A stretch of DNA of 64,000 nucleotides from Fibrobacteria bacterium (GCA_020633825.1 JACKCV010000001.1:74610-138609); one strand, 5' to 3'; counted from the first letter of the stretch, positions 9,558 to 20,965 are shown. Made by a program: numbers and translations. Notes: generated by a model not told the origin, from the letters alone.

Positions 9558-10046
9558 ATGCCATCCATCCAGGATTTTTCCGTTCCCGCCCTCACCGGAG
9601 GAGAGATCCGGCTTTCCGAGCACGCCGGGCGGGTCCTGCTGCTGGTGAACACCGCCAGCAAATGCGGATTCACCCCCCAGTACGACGGTCTGGAGAAACT
9701 GCACCGGGAGTATGCCTCCCGTGGTCTTTCCGTGATCGGATTCCCGTGCGACCAGTTCAAGCACCAGGAGCCGGGTTCCCCCGAGGAAATCGCCGAATTC
9801 TGCCGAAGGAACCACGGGGTGACCTTCCCCCTGTCGGCCAAGATCGACGTCAACGGGAAGGGCGCGCACCCGTTGTGGGAATGGCTGCGATCCCAGAAAG
9901 GCGGCCTGCTCGGCTGGCTGGGACGGAACGAGGTCCGATGGAATTTCACCAAGTTCCTGGTGGATCGCCAAGGGGTGGTGGTGGCGAGGTACGGATCGGC
10001 CACGCGTCCCGAGGAGATCGCCTCGAAGATCGAATCGCTGCTCTGA
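9558..10046 (+). CDS. Glutathione peroxidase (Cys-type)
   Basis: ORF 9558..10046. LLVNTASKCGFTPQY active-site block, FPCDQFKHQEPG, WNFTKFLVDRQG. GGAG lies 8 nt upstream of the ATG. Confidence 0.92.
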   Translation: MPSIQDFSVPALTGGEIRLSEHAGRVLLLVNTASKCGFTPQYDGLEKLHREYASRGLSVIGFPCDQFKHQEPGSPEEIAEFCRRNHGVTFPLSAKIDVNGKGAHPLWEWLRSQKGGLLGWLGRNEVRWNFTKFLVDRQGVVVARYGSATRPEEIASKIESLL

Positions 10047-10061
10047 CGCCCCGCCCGGGGA

Positions 10062-10508
10062 TCAGTTCACCACGCCGATGCAGTCGCTCCTGGTTCCCAG
10101 GAAGGTGTCATCCGGCGAGTACTGGTCGGTGAAGACGAAGTAGTGTCCACGGGGAACCTTGTTGCCGGAATCGTCGCGACCGTCCCACTGCAGGCGCGTC
10201 TCGTAGGAGGGCTGGAGGGGCGACGTGGAGATTTCGGCTTCGCGATGGGCGACCAGGAGGCCGTCGGTGTCGTAGATGCGCACGACCAATTTCAGCGTCG
10301 TGCCGGTGGTCGCCCCCGAGGGGGTGGAGGGAAGGTCCGCACCGGATCGCGCCGGCGGAAGTTCGGGGCACCGTGCGCGCAGCGAGGCCGGGATGTCGCG
10401 CCGCTCCGCGGAGGGCGGGGAGGTGGAATCCTCGCCGCAACCGGAAAGGGCCAGGAGGGTGGTCAGGCAGAGGCCAGGGAGGGTGGTACGCATGGGTCGG
10501 GTTTTCAT
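10062..10508 (-). CDS. Lipoprotein, FlgD-Ig-like C-terminal fold (hypothetical)
   Basis: ORF 10062..10508. Lipobox LLALSGCGE. C-terminal WDGRDDSGNKVPRGHYFVF resembles FlgD Ig-like/FLgD_ig domains. Confidence 0.6.
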   Translation of the reverse strand: MKTRPMRTTLPGLCLTTLLALSGCGEDSTSPPSAERRDIPASLRARCPELPPARSGADLPSTPSGATTGTTLKLVVRIYDTDGLLVAHREAEISTSPLQPSYETRLQWDGRDDSGNKVPRGHYFVFTDQYSPDDTFLGTRSDCIGVVN

Positions 10509-10635
10509 GGGGGGGAGAGCGGGGAGCGGTGCGGGAGGGGAGGCGAGGATCCCGCCCCGGAGGGCAGGATCTGTCAGGCAGGGAGGGGCGTAGCCGAGAC
10601 GGGGGGAGGTGCCCCTCCCCCGCCCTTCGGAGGAA

Positions 10636-11055
10636 TCAGGCCGATGGGGGTTCGGATTCGGGTGCGGGCAGGAATTCCAGGAGGAGCTTGACCAGGATCC
10701 CGGAGAGGACGGACACGACCCCCCAGAAGGTGGCCGGCCGGTGCAGGTTCATGGTCGCGGCCTCGAGGACGAAACCCCTCAGGAAGAGCAGGCTCGATGC
10801 GAGGAGGAGGAGCGATGCCGCGGCATCGACGGCCTTGCGGACCCCGCCGAAGATGCGAGGCCGGCGCCGGTAAAGCGACAAATTCAGGAGTGCGGAAAGC
10901 AGGATGTAGATGTGGGACGAGCGGTAGAGCAGCCGCACCGCATCGTCCCCGTGGTAGAGGGCGGGAAACCCGGTCTTCATGTACCAACCCGTCGCGAGGA
11001 ACACCACGAGGAAGATCGTGCCCCAGACCAGATGGATCGTGCTGAAGGATTTCAT
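10636..11055 (-). CDS. Small integral membrane protein (hypothetical, about 4 TM)
   Basis: ORF 10636..11055. Hydrophobic helices with regular spacing (IHLVWGTIFLVVFLATGWYM, HIYILLSALLNLSLY, AAASLLLLASSLLFL, FWGVVSVLSGILVKLLL). Confidence 0.55.
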   Translation of the reverse strand: MKSFSTIHLVWGTIFLVVFLATGWYMKTGFPALYHGDDAVRLLYRSSHIYILLSALLNLSLYRRRPRIFGGVRKAVDAAASLLLLASSLLFLRGFVLEAATMNLHRPATFWGVVSVLSGILVKLLLEFLPAPESEPPSA

Positions 11056-11154
11056 GCGTCTCCCACTTGGATGCGAAACCGGGCTTCCGGGGAATCCGGG
11101 CCCGGGGAGGGGCGGAGTTCCGTCCAGGAATCCCCGCCATCCTCCGGATGGATC

Positions 11155-12843
<1,689 letters not shown>

Positions 12844-13034
12844 GGAATCCTCGGTCGGCTGGGAGAGGGGGGGCGTTCGTCCGCAGCGGACGAGTGCACC
12901 GTTCTAGCAGACCAAACCTAGATCCGCCCGCTCCACTCGTTGCCCCTCCCCGATGTCTCGGGCGATGCGTCCCAACACGGAAGAGCCTGCCGCGAGGGCG
13001 GGACGAAACGAAGCCGCACCTGGCTGGCCGGGGA

Positions 13035-13448
13035 TCAGGCGTTGCGGGTTCCCAGGGGAATGTCCGAGGGGGGATCGTCGCGCCGACCGGTCTGGCGGCG
13101 GAAGCGTCGGGCTTCCATCAGCTCGAGTTTGGAGCCCGCGGGATCGAAGAAGGTGCAGATGGTGCCCCAGTCGAAATGGTCGACCCAGGCTTCCACTCCG
13201 GCCGCACGCAACGCCGAGGCTTCGGACTCGACATCGGTGACGTTCAGGCGAATCACCAAGCTGGGACTTGGCGGGACTTCGCTGGTGGAATCGGGAGGCT
13301 CGACCAGGATATAGGAGCTGCCGATTCCCAGGCAGGTGACCGATTCGTTCTGGAACCAGACCGGGAATCCGAGGATTTCCTGGTAGAATCGGATGCATTC
13401 GTTGGTTTTCGGGGTCTTGAGGATGAATCCCATTCGGTCGATGTGCAT
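13035..13448 (-). CDS. VOC/glyoxalase-family protein
   Basis: Internal ATG at 13448 of ORF 13035..13577 (MHIDRMGFILKTPKTNECIRFYQEILGFPVWFQNE...). It has a glyoxalase/bleomycin-resistance-like beta-alpha-beta pattern. Confidence 0.6.
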   Translation of the reverse strand: MHIDRMGFILKTPKTNECIRFYQEILGFPVWFQNESVTCLGIGSSYILVEPPDSTSEVPPSPSLVIRLNVTDVESEASALRAAGVEAWVDHFDWGTICTFFDPAGSKLELMEARRFRRQTGRRDDPPSDIPLGTRNA

Positions 13449-13607
13449 CGGAGACTCCAGAAGCGGGGATGAATGACGCGATGACCCTGGATCACGGCTC
13501 TGGCTCCCGCGTCCCCCAAGGATCGAGGGAGACGGGAACACCATGCAAATGGTTCCACAATCCGAGGGGCAATGCAAGGAGAAGCGCTTCGGGGAGGAAG
13601 GCGCGAC

Positions 13608-14033
13608 TCAGGAATGGTTCGAGGGCGGATTGACCGCGTGCAGCACGTGGGCGAAGGTGGATCGGTGGACCCAGGCCAGGGACAGCTCCAGGGCCACGAA
13701 CACCAGGGTGACGGGAAGGCCGACCGGCTCCAGGAAAGCGTGGTAGAGCAAGCTGTTCAGGAAGAACGGGGCCAGCAGAAGGAGGGCCAGGGGAACGAAG
13801 CGATTGGAGATCAGCAGCAGGCCGGTCGAGATCTGGACCAGTGCGATCATGGGCATCATGTACCCGGTGGCGGTCAAGGCTTCGCTGAAGGCGCGGGCCG
13901 CCGGGGCGAGTTCGGGGGGAGGGCTCATGGGGTGGAACAATCCCAGGGAGCCGAAGGCCACCATCGGAAGACCGAGGAGCCATCTTCCGACGGCGGGAAG
14001 GAACCGGAGGAAGGAGGTCGATGTTCCCGACAT
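13608..14033 (-). CDS. Small membrane protein (DoxX-like, about 4 TM)
   Basis: ATG at 14033 within the long ORF 13608..14795 (MSGTSTSFLRFLPAVGRWLLGLPMVAFGSLGLFH...). The rest of that ORF is Arg/Pro-rich antisense shadow of the neighbouring gene. Confidence 0.55.
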   Translation of the reverse strand: MSGTSTSFLRFLPAVGRWLLGLPMVAFGSLGLFHPMSPPPELAPAARAFSEALTATGYMMPMIALVQISTGLLLISNRFVPLALLLLAPFFLNSLLYHAFLEPVGLPVTLVFVALELSLAWVHRSTFAHVLHAVNPPSNHS

Positions 14034-14221
14034 GGGGGGATCCTTTGCAAGCAGGTGGCTGGAACCGACGATTCCCAAGTGAACACCGATCGGCGCGAGC
14101 CACAAGATAGAGACTGAGGCGCATCCCATGGGCGCGAGAAAAAAAGGGACCCGACGATGTCCTCGTCGAGTCCTCGAATCGCGGCGACTCCTCCTCCGGC
14201 TCGGACCGGAGGGAGCGCGGA

Positions 14222-14737
14222 TCAGTTCTTGAGGGTCTTGATCGCGGCGGCGATCTGCTTCTCGAGGGGAGACCCCGATTTGCGCAGTTCCTTGCGGGCC
14301 GCTTCGAGGGAGGCGAACGCCTCGGAAATCCGAGGGTCGACCGACAGGCTGTAGACGATCCCGTTTTCGCCGACGACGCGTTCGACGGCGTGGCCGAGGA
14401 TGCGGACGCGCTCCACTTCGCGCAGGAGGGTGCGAGGATGGAGGGGGAAGCCGCGACGGGTCATTTCCTTGATGACCTTGGCTTCTTCGAGGGCGGTGGT
14501 GGCCTCGCGGAGGGTGTCGATCAGGGCCTTCATCTTCTTGGCCTGGACGGCGTAGGCGCCTTCGCCGCGGTCGAGCTTGGCCTTGGCGACCTTCTTGGGG
14601 GCGGGAGCGGGCTTGGCCGCCTTCACGGGTTTGACGGCTTTCGCGACCTTGGGAGCAGCGGCCTTTGCCGGGGCGGCTGCGGGTTTGGCCGACTTGGTCG
14701 CCTTCGCGATCTTGGTCTTCGGCTTGATCTTGGCCAT
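14222..14737 (-). CDS. Histone H1-like Lys/Ala/Pro-rich DNA-binding protein with a structured C-terminal domain
   Basis: ATG at 14737 (MAKIKPKTKIAKATKSAKPAAAPAKAAAPKVAKAVKPVKAAKPAPAPKKVAKAK...) is preceded by AGGGAGG. It lies within ORF 14222..14827. Confidence 0.7.
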   Translation of the reverse strand: MAKIKPKTKIAKATKSAKPAAAPAKAAAPKVAKAVKPVKAAKPAPAPKKVAKAKLDRGEGAYAVQAKKMKALIDTLREATTALEEAKVIKEMTRRGFPLHPRTLLREVERVRILGHAVERVVGENGIVYSLSVDPRISEAFASLEAARKELRKSGSPLEKQIAAAIKTLKN

Positions 14738-15110
14738 TGGGAACCTCCCTTGACGGATTCGCGGCGCCGATATCGGAACGCGCGCGGGGATACACTGCAT
14801 GATCGCATCATCCAAGCGGCCCGTCAAGGGATGTCATGCGTTTTTTGTCCTCGCCAGAAAACGGCTTTGCGTCGGTCCCGGCGAGCGGAATCCGTCCCGC
14901 CGGCCGGGAAGGCGCGGGCCAGCCTCCGGCTTGTCCGCAGGCCACCGGCCGGCACCGGCCAGGTGTTCCCGGAGAAGCTCGCAAGGGGGCGGAAGTCCGT
15001 CGGCGCGATGGCGGGATCGGGAACACCCGGCTCCCGGTTCCTCCTCCTTCCGGGCGGAGGGCGCGCCCGGGAGGGGCTCCGATGGACCGATTCCTACCTT
15101 TATCCCCCAA

Positions 15111-15458
15111 ATGACGCATGCCGACCGTCCTACAGACACCCTAGAAGCACTGGATCGCGTCCTCGAGGAACGCAAATCCCAGGATCCTTCCTCCTCCTAT
15201 GTGGCCAAGCTCTACCACAAGGGGCTCGCGAAGATCCTCGAAAAGGTCGAGGAGGAATCCCGCGAGACCGTGGAAGCCGCCGGGGAAGAGGGGACCGACC
15301 ATCTGGTCTACGAGGTCGGCGACCTGTGGTTCCACACTTTGGTCCTGTTGCACCACAAGGGGCGCACCGGACAGGATGTGATGCAGGAACTCGCCCGTCG
15401 CTTCGGTGTCTCTGGTCTCGTCGAAAAAGCCTCCCGCCCTCCCAAGGAACAGCCATGA
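15111..15458 (+). CDS. hisE: Phosphoribosyl-ATP pyrophosphatase
   Basis: ATG 15111 within ORF 14799..15458. LEALDRVLEERKSQDPSSSYVAKLYHKG...ESRETVEAA...HLVYEVGDLWFHTLVLL is the classic HisE pattern. Confidence 0.9.
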   Translation: MTHADRPTDTLEALDRVLEERKSQDPSSSYVAKLYHKGLAKILEKVEEESRETVEAAGEEGTDHLVYEVGDLWFHTLVLLHHKGRTGQDVMQELARRFGVSGLVEKASRPPKEQP

Positions 15459-16300
15459 TCCAGATCGGCCTCCCCTCCAAGGGGCGTCTCCACGAACCCC
15501 TCGTCGCGTTGCTCAAACAAGCCGGCTACCGGTTCCGGGTCGACGGGCGGAGCCTTCGCATCCCCTGCTCGGGCACCGACACCTCCCTGGTCCTGCTGCG
15601 GACCGACGACATCTCCACCCTGGTCGCCGAAGGGATCCTCGACGCCGGGATCAGCACCCAGGACATCGTCGAGGAGAGCCAGGCCGACGTCGTCGAAGTC
15701 CTGAAGCTCGACATGGGTCACTGCCGCATCGTGGTCGCCGTTCCCGAGAACGGACCCTTCAAGACACCCGCCGACCTCGATGGCCGGACCATCGCGACCT
15801 CCTTTCCGCGGCTGGCCGCCAACTTCTTCGCCAAGCACGGGGCCAAACCGCGATTCGTCGAGGTGGGAGGCTCCTGCGAGGCCATGGTGCCGCTGGGAAT
15901 GGCCGAAGCCATCGTCGACATCACCGAGACCGGGAACTCGCTGCGCGACAACGGGCTGAGGATCCTCTCGGAGATCGGCTCCTACCAGACCGTCCTGGTC
16001 GCGCGGGCCGAAAATGCCGAGAATCCCGAGATCAAGGCCCTCGTGCGCCGCATCCAAGGTGCCCTGATCGCCCAGACCTACCGTTTGGTGGAATACAACA
16101 TCCGCCGGGATCGCCTGGCCGAGGCCGAAAAGGTGACCCCCGGGTTCCAGAGCCCCACCGTCACCGCGCTGGAAGATCCCCAGTGGTGTGCCGTCCGCGC
16201 CATGGTTCCCCAGAAGCAGCTCGGGAAGGTCATGGACGATCTCGAGGCCTTGGGCGCGACGGCGATCATCCAGTTCGGAATCGAGAACTGCCGGCTGTGA
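15455..16300 (+). CDS. hisG: ATP phosphoribosyltransferase, long form
   Basis: ATG 15455 (ATGA overlap with the hisE stop). MIQIGLPSKGRLHEPLVALLKQAGY...DITETGNSLRDNGL... plus a C-terminal regulatory domain. Confidence 0.9.
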   Translation: MIQIGLPSKGRLHEPLVALLKQAGYRFRVDGRSLRIPCSGTDTSLVLLRTDDISTLVAEGILDAGISTQDIVEESQADVVEVLKLDMGHCRIVVAVPENGPFKTPADLDGRTIATSFPRLAANFFAKHGAKPRFVEVGGSCEAMVPLGMAEAIVDITETGNSLRDNGLRILSEIGSYQTVLVARAENAENPEIKALVRRIQGALIAQTYRLVEYNIRRDRLAEAEKVTPGFQSPTVTALEDPQWCAVRAMVPQKQLGKVMDDLEALGATAIIQFGIENCRL

Positions 16301-17082
16301 CCTCCCCCGACGTCAAGCCCGCCCGAGGTCGGGAGCCCGGACGGGGGGCGCTGGCCCATGCCGTCGCCCGGTTGCGGGCCGTGACGTTCCTCTCCGCGAC
16401 CTTCGGCTCGGTCCTTCTGGTCGGGTTCTGGCTGGTTCCCCTTGCGGTGCTGTTCCGCAAGCCCTCCTGGCTGAAGACTCCCTGCCGGGCCTGGGTCCGG
16501 GGCATCCTCCCCCTCATGGGGGTCCGGGTGCGTCTGGAAGGGGCGCACCATCTGGAAGATCCCACTCCACGGCTGTTCGTCGCCAACCACCAGAGCTTCG
16601 TCGACATTCCGTTGATGATGGGATGGGTCCGCTGGCCGTCGTTCCTGGCCAAGAAAGAGATCGCCAGCTGGCCCTGGTTCGGATCGGCGATGCGGCTTCT
16701 CCAGTGCGTCTTCGTCGACCGCTCCGACCGCCATTCCCGAACGGCGGCGAGCCGCGCGGTCCGTGGTGCCATGGACCACGGAATCGACTTCTGCATCTTC
16801 CCCGAGGGGACGCGTTCCCCCGACGGCGAACTCCTCCCCTTGCGTCCGGGAGCTTTCCAGATCGCCCTCGATTCGGGTGCCTTGCTGACCCCGGTCGTGA
16901 TCGATCCGACCTGGCGCATCCTGAACAAGAAGGGGTACCGCATGTGGGCCGGCGAGGTGGTGGTTTCCATCCTCGCGCCCATCGCCACCACGGGCGAAGG
17001 GGCCCCCGACCGCAAGGCTCTGGCCCAGATCGTCGAAGATTCGATGCGCGCGGAGCTCCATCGACTGCGCGACGCGGCATGA
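16297..17082 (+). CDS. plsC: 1-acyl-sn-glycerol-3-phosphate acyltransferase
   Basis: GTG 16297 (GTGA overlap with the hisG stop) in frame of ORF 15406..17082. Acyltransferase motifs VANHQSFVDIP and IFPEGTRSPDG. The exact start is uncertain. Confidence 0.8.
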   Translation: MTSPDVKPARGREPGRGALAHAVARLRAVTFLSATFGSVLLVGFWLVPLAVLFRKPSWLKTPCRAWVRGILPLMGVRVRLEGAHHLEDPTPRLFVANHQSFVDIPLMMGWVRWPSFLAKKEIASWPWFGSAMRLLQCVFVDRSDRHSRTAASRAVRGAMDHGIDFCIFPEGTRSPDGELLPLRPGAFQIALDSGALLTPVVIDPTWRILNKKGYRMWAGEVVVSILAPIATTGEGAPDRKALAQIVEDSMRAELHRLRDAA

Positions 17083-18023
17083 AGATCGTCTTCCTGGGCA
17101 CTCCGCCCATCGCCGCCCGGTGCCTGGAACACCTGCAGGGCACGGAGCACGAGATCGCCGCGGTATGCACCCATCCGGATCGTTTGATGGGACGCGGCCT
17201 CAAGCCCCACCCCACGGCGGTGAAGGAAGTGGCCTTGCGCTTCGGGCTGCCGGTGCGGGAAGTTCCCGATGTGAAGGATCCCTCCTTCGCGGCTTGGCTC
17301 TCCGAGCTGGGAGCCGATCTCCTGGTCGTGGTGGCTTTCGTCATCCTTCCCGGCGCGGTGCTGGCCACGACACGCCTGGGGGCGATCAACCTGCACGGTT
17401 CCCTGCTTCCCCGGTGGCGGGGTGCCGCCCCCGTGCAACGTTCGATCGAAGCCGGGGAACCGGTGACGGGAGTCTCGGTGTTCCGGCTCGACAACGGGGT
17501 CGACACCGGAGGAATCCTGTTGCAGCGCACCCTCGAGGTGGGGCCCGACGAGACCTCGGGCGAAGTCCTGGCCCGCATGGGGGAGATCGGTGGACCCGCC
17601 CTGGAGGAGGCCCTCGCGCTTCTGTCGGCCGAGGCGATTCCCTCGGGAACACGCCAGGACCCCGCCTTGGCGACGAGGGCACCCAAACTCACCCCCGAAG
17701 AGGGACGGATCGACTGGTCCCTCCCGGCGCCGAAAATCCATGACAAGATCCGTGCCTTCCATCCCGCACCCGGTTGCTGGTCGGAGTTGCGGGATGAAAC
17801 CACTTCGGTGGGCCGGGTGAAGATCTGGAGGACCAAAGTCGTGCAGGATTCCAACCCCCCAGGGGATGCGGGCGCCCTTCTCTGGGGAGACGCCGGCAAG
17901 GCCATGGTGCGATGCGGGGAGGGTTCCTTGGAGCTCCTCGAGGTCCAAGCCGAGGGCAAGCCCCGGCGTGGCGGTGCGGATTGGTTGCGAGGCCTGCGCG
18001 CTCGATCGCCCCGTCTGTCATGA
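17079..18023 (+). CDS. fmt: Methionyl-tRNA formyltransferase
   Basis: ATG 17079 (ATGA overlap). MKIVFLGTPPIAA..., INLHGSLLPRWRGAAPVQRSI, C-terminal Fmt domain. Confidence 0.92.
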   Translation: MKIVFLGTPPIAARCLEHLQGTEHEIAAVCTHPDRLMGRGLKPHPTAVKEVALRFGLPVREVPDVKDPSFAAWLSELGADLLVVVAFVILPGAVLATTRLGAINLHGSLLPRWRGAAPVQRSIEAGEPVTGVSVFRLDNGVDTGGILLQRTLEVGPDETSGEVLARMGEIGGPALEEALALLSAEAIPSGTRQDPALATRAPKLTPEEGRIDWSLPAPKIHDKIRAFHPAPGCWSELRDETTSVGRVKIWRTKVVQDSNPPGDAGALLWGDAGKAMVRCGEGSLELLEVQAEGKPRRGGADWLRGLRARSPRLS

Positions 18024-19318
18024 ACCGGCACTCTCCCTTCGATCGATTCCCCTCCCCTCGAAACGAGCCTTCCGTGGAAGGGCTCCCCGCGCGCCGGGCG
18101 GCCCTGGAAGCGCTCCTGGACTTCGCGGCCAACGGGACCTTCGTCGCCGAAGCCCTCGGCCGCACGCGCGAACGCCTCGATCCCCGCGATCGCGCGCTCG
18201 CCCTCGAAAGCGCCCTGTCCGCCGTGCGGTGGATGGCCCGGCTGGACCATCACCTCGACCGGTTCCTGCGGGGAAACACCCCGGAACCGGTGCGATGGCT
18301 GCTGCGTCTGGGGTTGGCGCAATGCCGCATCCTCGACCGCATTCCCGTCCACGCGGCGGTGCATGTCTCGGTGGAACTCGCCCACGAGTTCTTCGGCCGG
18401 GGAGCCGCGGGGCTGGTGAACGCCGTGCTGCGTCGGGCCGCCCACGCTCCCTGGGAAGACCCCGAAGGGGACGAACCCGCCGCCCTCGCCGTCCGCACCT
18501 CCCATCCCGCCTGGCTGGTCCAGCGTTGGATCCGTCGTCATGGACTGGAAACCGCCAAGGCCATGCTCGAGGCGGGAGGACGAGATCCGGCGATCTGGGT
18601 GCGAGTCCGACCCGGGGTCGAGGTCCTACCCTGGGACCCCGCGGCCGAAACCGCGCAGGCCTACGACGGATTCTTCCGCCGTGTCGAAGCCTCCCGGGAA
18701 GCCATCCTCTCCAGCGAAGCTTTCCGCAACGGGAGGGTCTCCTTCCAGGATCCTTCCTCGGGAGCCTGCGCCTTGGCCTTGTCCGGGAAATTGGCTCCCG
18801 GGATGGTGGTGGCCGATCTGTGCGCCGCCCCCGGCGGGAAGATCGCCTGCCTGCACGACCACGGAGACCTGGAAGGGGTGAAGACCTTCGCCCTCGACCT
18901 CTCCCGTCATCGGCAAATGCGCACGCAGGACGGGTTCCGACGGTTGGGGATGCGCTCGACCGTGGCCGTGGCCGACGGCCTGCAGCCTCCCCTGCGTCCG
19001 GGTTCGCTCGACGCCGTGCTGCTCGACGCCCCCTGCTCGAACCTGGGAGTGCTTTCGCGCCGCCCCGAAGCCCGGTGGCGGCTGCGTCCCGACGATCCGC
19101 GCCAACACGCGAAGCTGCAGCGCACCTTGCTCTCCTCGGCGATTCCTTTGGTCCGTCCGGGCGGGTGGATCGTCTACTCGGTCTGCTCCACCGAGCCCGA
19201 CGAAGGGGAAAAGGTGCTGGAGGATCTCCCCGGAGTGGAGGTCGAGCACCTCGAAACCCGGTTGCAAGGGATGCAGGAAGGGGACGGATTCTTCCTCGCC
19301 CTCCTGCGGCGCGTCTGA
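18020..19318 (+). CDS. rsmB: 16S rRNA (cytosine967-C5)-methyltransferase RsmB/Sun
   Basis: ATG 18020 (ATGA overlap with the fmt stop) in ORF 17912..19318. NusB-like N-domain, SAM motif DLCAAPGGK, catalytic DAPCS and YSVCS blocks. Confidence 0.9.
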   Translation: MNRHSPFDRFPSPRNEPSVEGLPARRAALEALLDFAANGTFVAEALGRTRERLDPRDRALALESALSAVRWMARLDHHLDRFLRGNTPEPVRWLLRLGLAQCRILDRIPVHAAVHVSVELAHEFFGRGAAGLVNAVLRRAAHAPWEDPEGDEPAALAVRTSHPAWLVQRWIRRHGLETAKAMLEAGGRDPAIWVRVRPGVEVLPWDPAAETAQAYDGFFRRVEASREAILSSEAFRNGRVSFQDPSSGACALALSGKLAPGMVVADLCAAPGGKIACLHDHGDLEGVKTFALDLSRHRQMRTQDGFRRLGMRSTVAVADGLQPPLRPGSLDAVLLDAPCSNLGVLSRRPEARWRLRPDDPRQHAKLQRTLLSSAIPLVRPGGWIVYSVCSTEPDEGEKVLEDLPGVEVEHLETRLQGMQEGDGFFLALLRRV

Positions 19319-19398
19319 GGCGACCCCTGGCTGCGTTGCCGCCATCCCCCGCGGAGAATTACCCTTGGACGACGACCGTTCGCCCAGGAGCCAAATCC

Positions 19399-19584
19399 AT
19401 GGACCTCCAGACCCTCCCGCTTGAAGCCCTCGAGGCCGAATTGAAACGTCGCCGCTTCGCCCAGTTGGGCGAGCTGAAGGCTCGCATCCGCGAGCACGAA
19501 CAATCCATCCTGGGTCTCGAGCAGGAATTGTCGAGCTTGGGAGAAATCCGTCCCGAAACCCGTCGCCGGAAGGCCCGCTCATGA
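19399..19584 (+). CDS. Small coiled-coil protein (61 aa, hypothetical)
   Basis: ATG 19399 in frame of ORF 17866..19584 (MDLQTLPLEALEAELKRRRFAQLGELKARIREHEQSILGLEQELSSLGE...). Its stop overlaps the next gene's ATG. Confidence 0.45.
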   Translation: MDLQTLPLEALEAELKRRRFAQLGELKARIREHEQSILGLEQELSSLGEIRPETRRRKARS

Positions 19585-19985
19585 ATCGCCGTCTCGTCCT
19601 CGCCTTGGTCGCCACCTCGATGGCGCTCGCCGCCTGCAACAAGGAAGAGGAGGCGGCTCCTCCTCCTCCCCCGCCCCCCAAGCCCAAGGAATTCGCCACC
19701 CCCACCGACGGGCTGCTGCAACCCGAGCGGGCGGCCCGCTGGCGCCAAGCCGACTCCCTGGTGCGCCTCATCGATTCCACCTTCTCCGAATCCATCAAGG
19801 CCTCCCCCGACCGCGCGGGCGAGCTCACCCAGCAGCAGAACACCGCCCGCGACCTCGCCGTCCGCAAGGCGGGACTCCTGGGCTGGAAGGAATACCGTTG
19901 GATCCTCGAGGAGGCTCCGCGCAATCCGGCCAACGCCGCGGCGTTCGAAGCCGCCGGCCTTTCGATGGCCACCACGGGCAAGTGA
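19581..19985 (+). CDS. Lipoprotein with a poly-Pro linker (hypothetical)
   Basis: ORF 19581..19985. Lipobox SMALAACNKEEEAAPPPPPPPKPKE. Confidence 0.6.
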   Translation: MNRRLVLALVATSMALAACNKEEEAAPPPPPPPKPKEFATPTDGLLQPERAARWRQADSLVRLIDSTFSESIKASPDRAGELTQQQNTARDLAVRKAGLLGWKEYRWILEEAPRNPANAAAFEAAGLSMATTGK

Positions 19986-20159
19986 TCTCCGCACCGCTCC
20001 GGGATACGTCCGGGGCGGTAGCTCGGTCTGCTGTCGAGGTCGCTCGATCGTCTCGCGGCGCCACCTCCGGCAGGCGGCTCCTGTCGCAGCGGCACCCACG
20101 GCCTCGGCGAGACACGGGGGACTCGGGAAACGGAAATTCGACGCGGAGCGTTCGGGCGG

Positions 20160-20786
20160 TCAGGCCGCGACGGGGCGGTCCATGCTCAACCGGTAGCGAC
20201 TGCGCGATTCATCGGTCAGCATGCCTTCGAAGAGCAGCCGGAAGACGTTTTCGTAGGCTCGAAGGGCGGTGGTTTCCAAAGTCAGCATGGTGCGGGGGTG
20301 CACGATGTAGCGGATGGAGGCGAGGTAGACCATCGACAGGACTCGGGCATCGATGTCCTTGCGGAAGGCCCCTTTCTCGATCCCTTCTTCCACCAGGGTG
20401 TGGAAGTACTTCCGCACGAGGTCTTCCCGGAAGTTCTCCAGGTTGGCGAGGATTTCCGGTTCGGCGTTGCGGAGGTCGTCGAGGAATCCCTCGCCCAGAC
20501 GGGAGTACTGGATCCCCACGTACTCCATGACGCGACGCAACTTGGCGGTGAAATCGTCTTCGGCACGCTCCATCAGGGAGAGCAGACCGCGTTCGATCTC
20601 CCCGGTGACATCGGTCAGCACGGCCATGAGCATTTCACGCTTGCCGGGGAAGACGCGATAGAGGGTCTTCTTGCTCATCCCCAAACCGGAGGCGATGTCG
20701 TCCATGGTGACGCGTGTGTATCCGCGGACCAGGATCTCTTCGCTGGCCTTGCGGACGATCTTCGCTCTTACCTGTTCGCGATCCAT
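20160..20786 (-). CDS. TetR/AcrR family transcriptional regulator
   Basis: ATG 20786 in ORF 20160..20846 (MDREQVRAKIVRKASEEILVRGYTRVTMDDIASGLGMSKKTLYRVFPGKREM). Canonical TetR HTH. Confidence 0.85.
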   Translation of the reverse strand: MDREQVRAKIVRKASEEILVRGYTRVTMDDIASGLGMSKKTLYRVFPGKREMLMAVLTDVTGEIERGLLSLMERAEDDFTAKLRRVMEYVGIQYSRLGEGFLDDLRNAEPEILANLENFREDLVRKYFHTLVEEGIEKGAFRKDIDARVLSMVYLASIRYIVHPRTMLTLETTALRAYENVFRLLFEGMLTDESRSRYRLSMDRPVAA

Positions 20787-20937
20787 CGCTCCTCCCCATC
20801 GGGGTGACGACCGGAGAGGCCCGATCGGTATGGGGGATTCTATCACCCCGCATCGATTCCGGTCAAGTCATTGTCGATCCTGGGGGTTAGGCCGGCCGGG
20901 AATTCCCGGGGATCGGAGGCGAATTCGCCCTTTGCCC

Positions 20938-20965
20938 TTGCCAGGGGGCGTGCATGGTGTATCTT
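20938..20965 (+). promoter_or_regulatory. Sigma70-like promoter for the tRNA-fMet gene
   Basis: TTGCCA (20938-20943), a 16-nt spacer, then TATCTT (20960-20965), 12 nt upstream of the mature tRNA 5' end. It is preceded by two EcoRI-centred perfect palindromes, CCGGGAATTCCCGG and GGCGAATTCGCC. Confidence 0.5.

Noticed and set aside
9558-10046. Selenocysteine recoding in the glutathione peroxidase.
   Set aside because: The active-site residue is an ordinary Cys codon (ASKCGFT), and there is no in-frame TGA.
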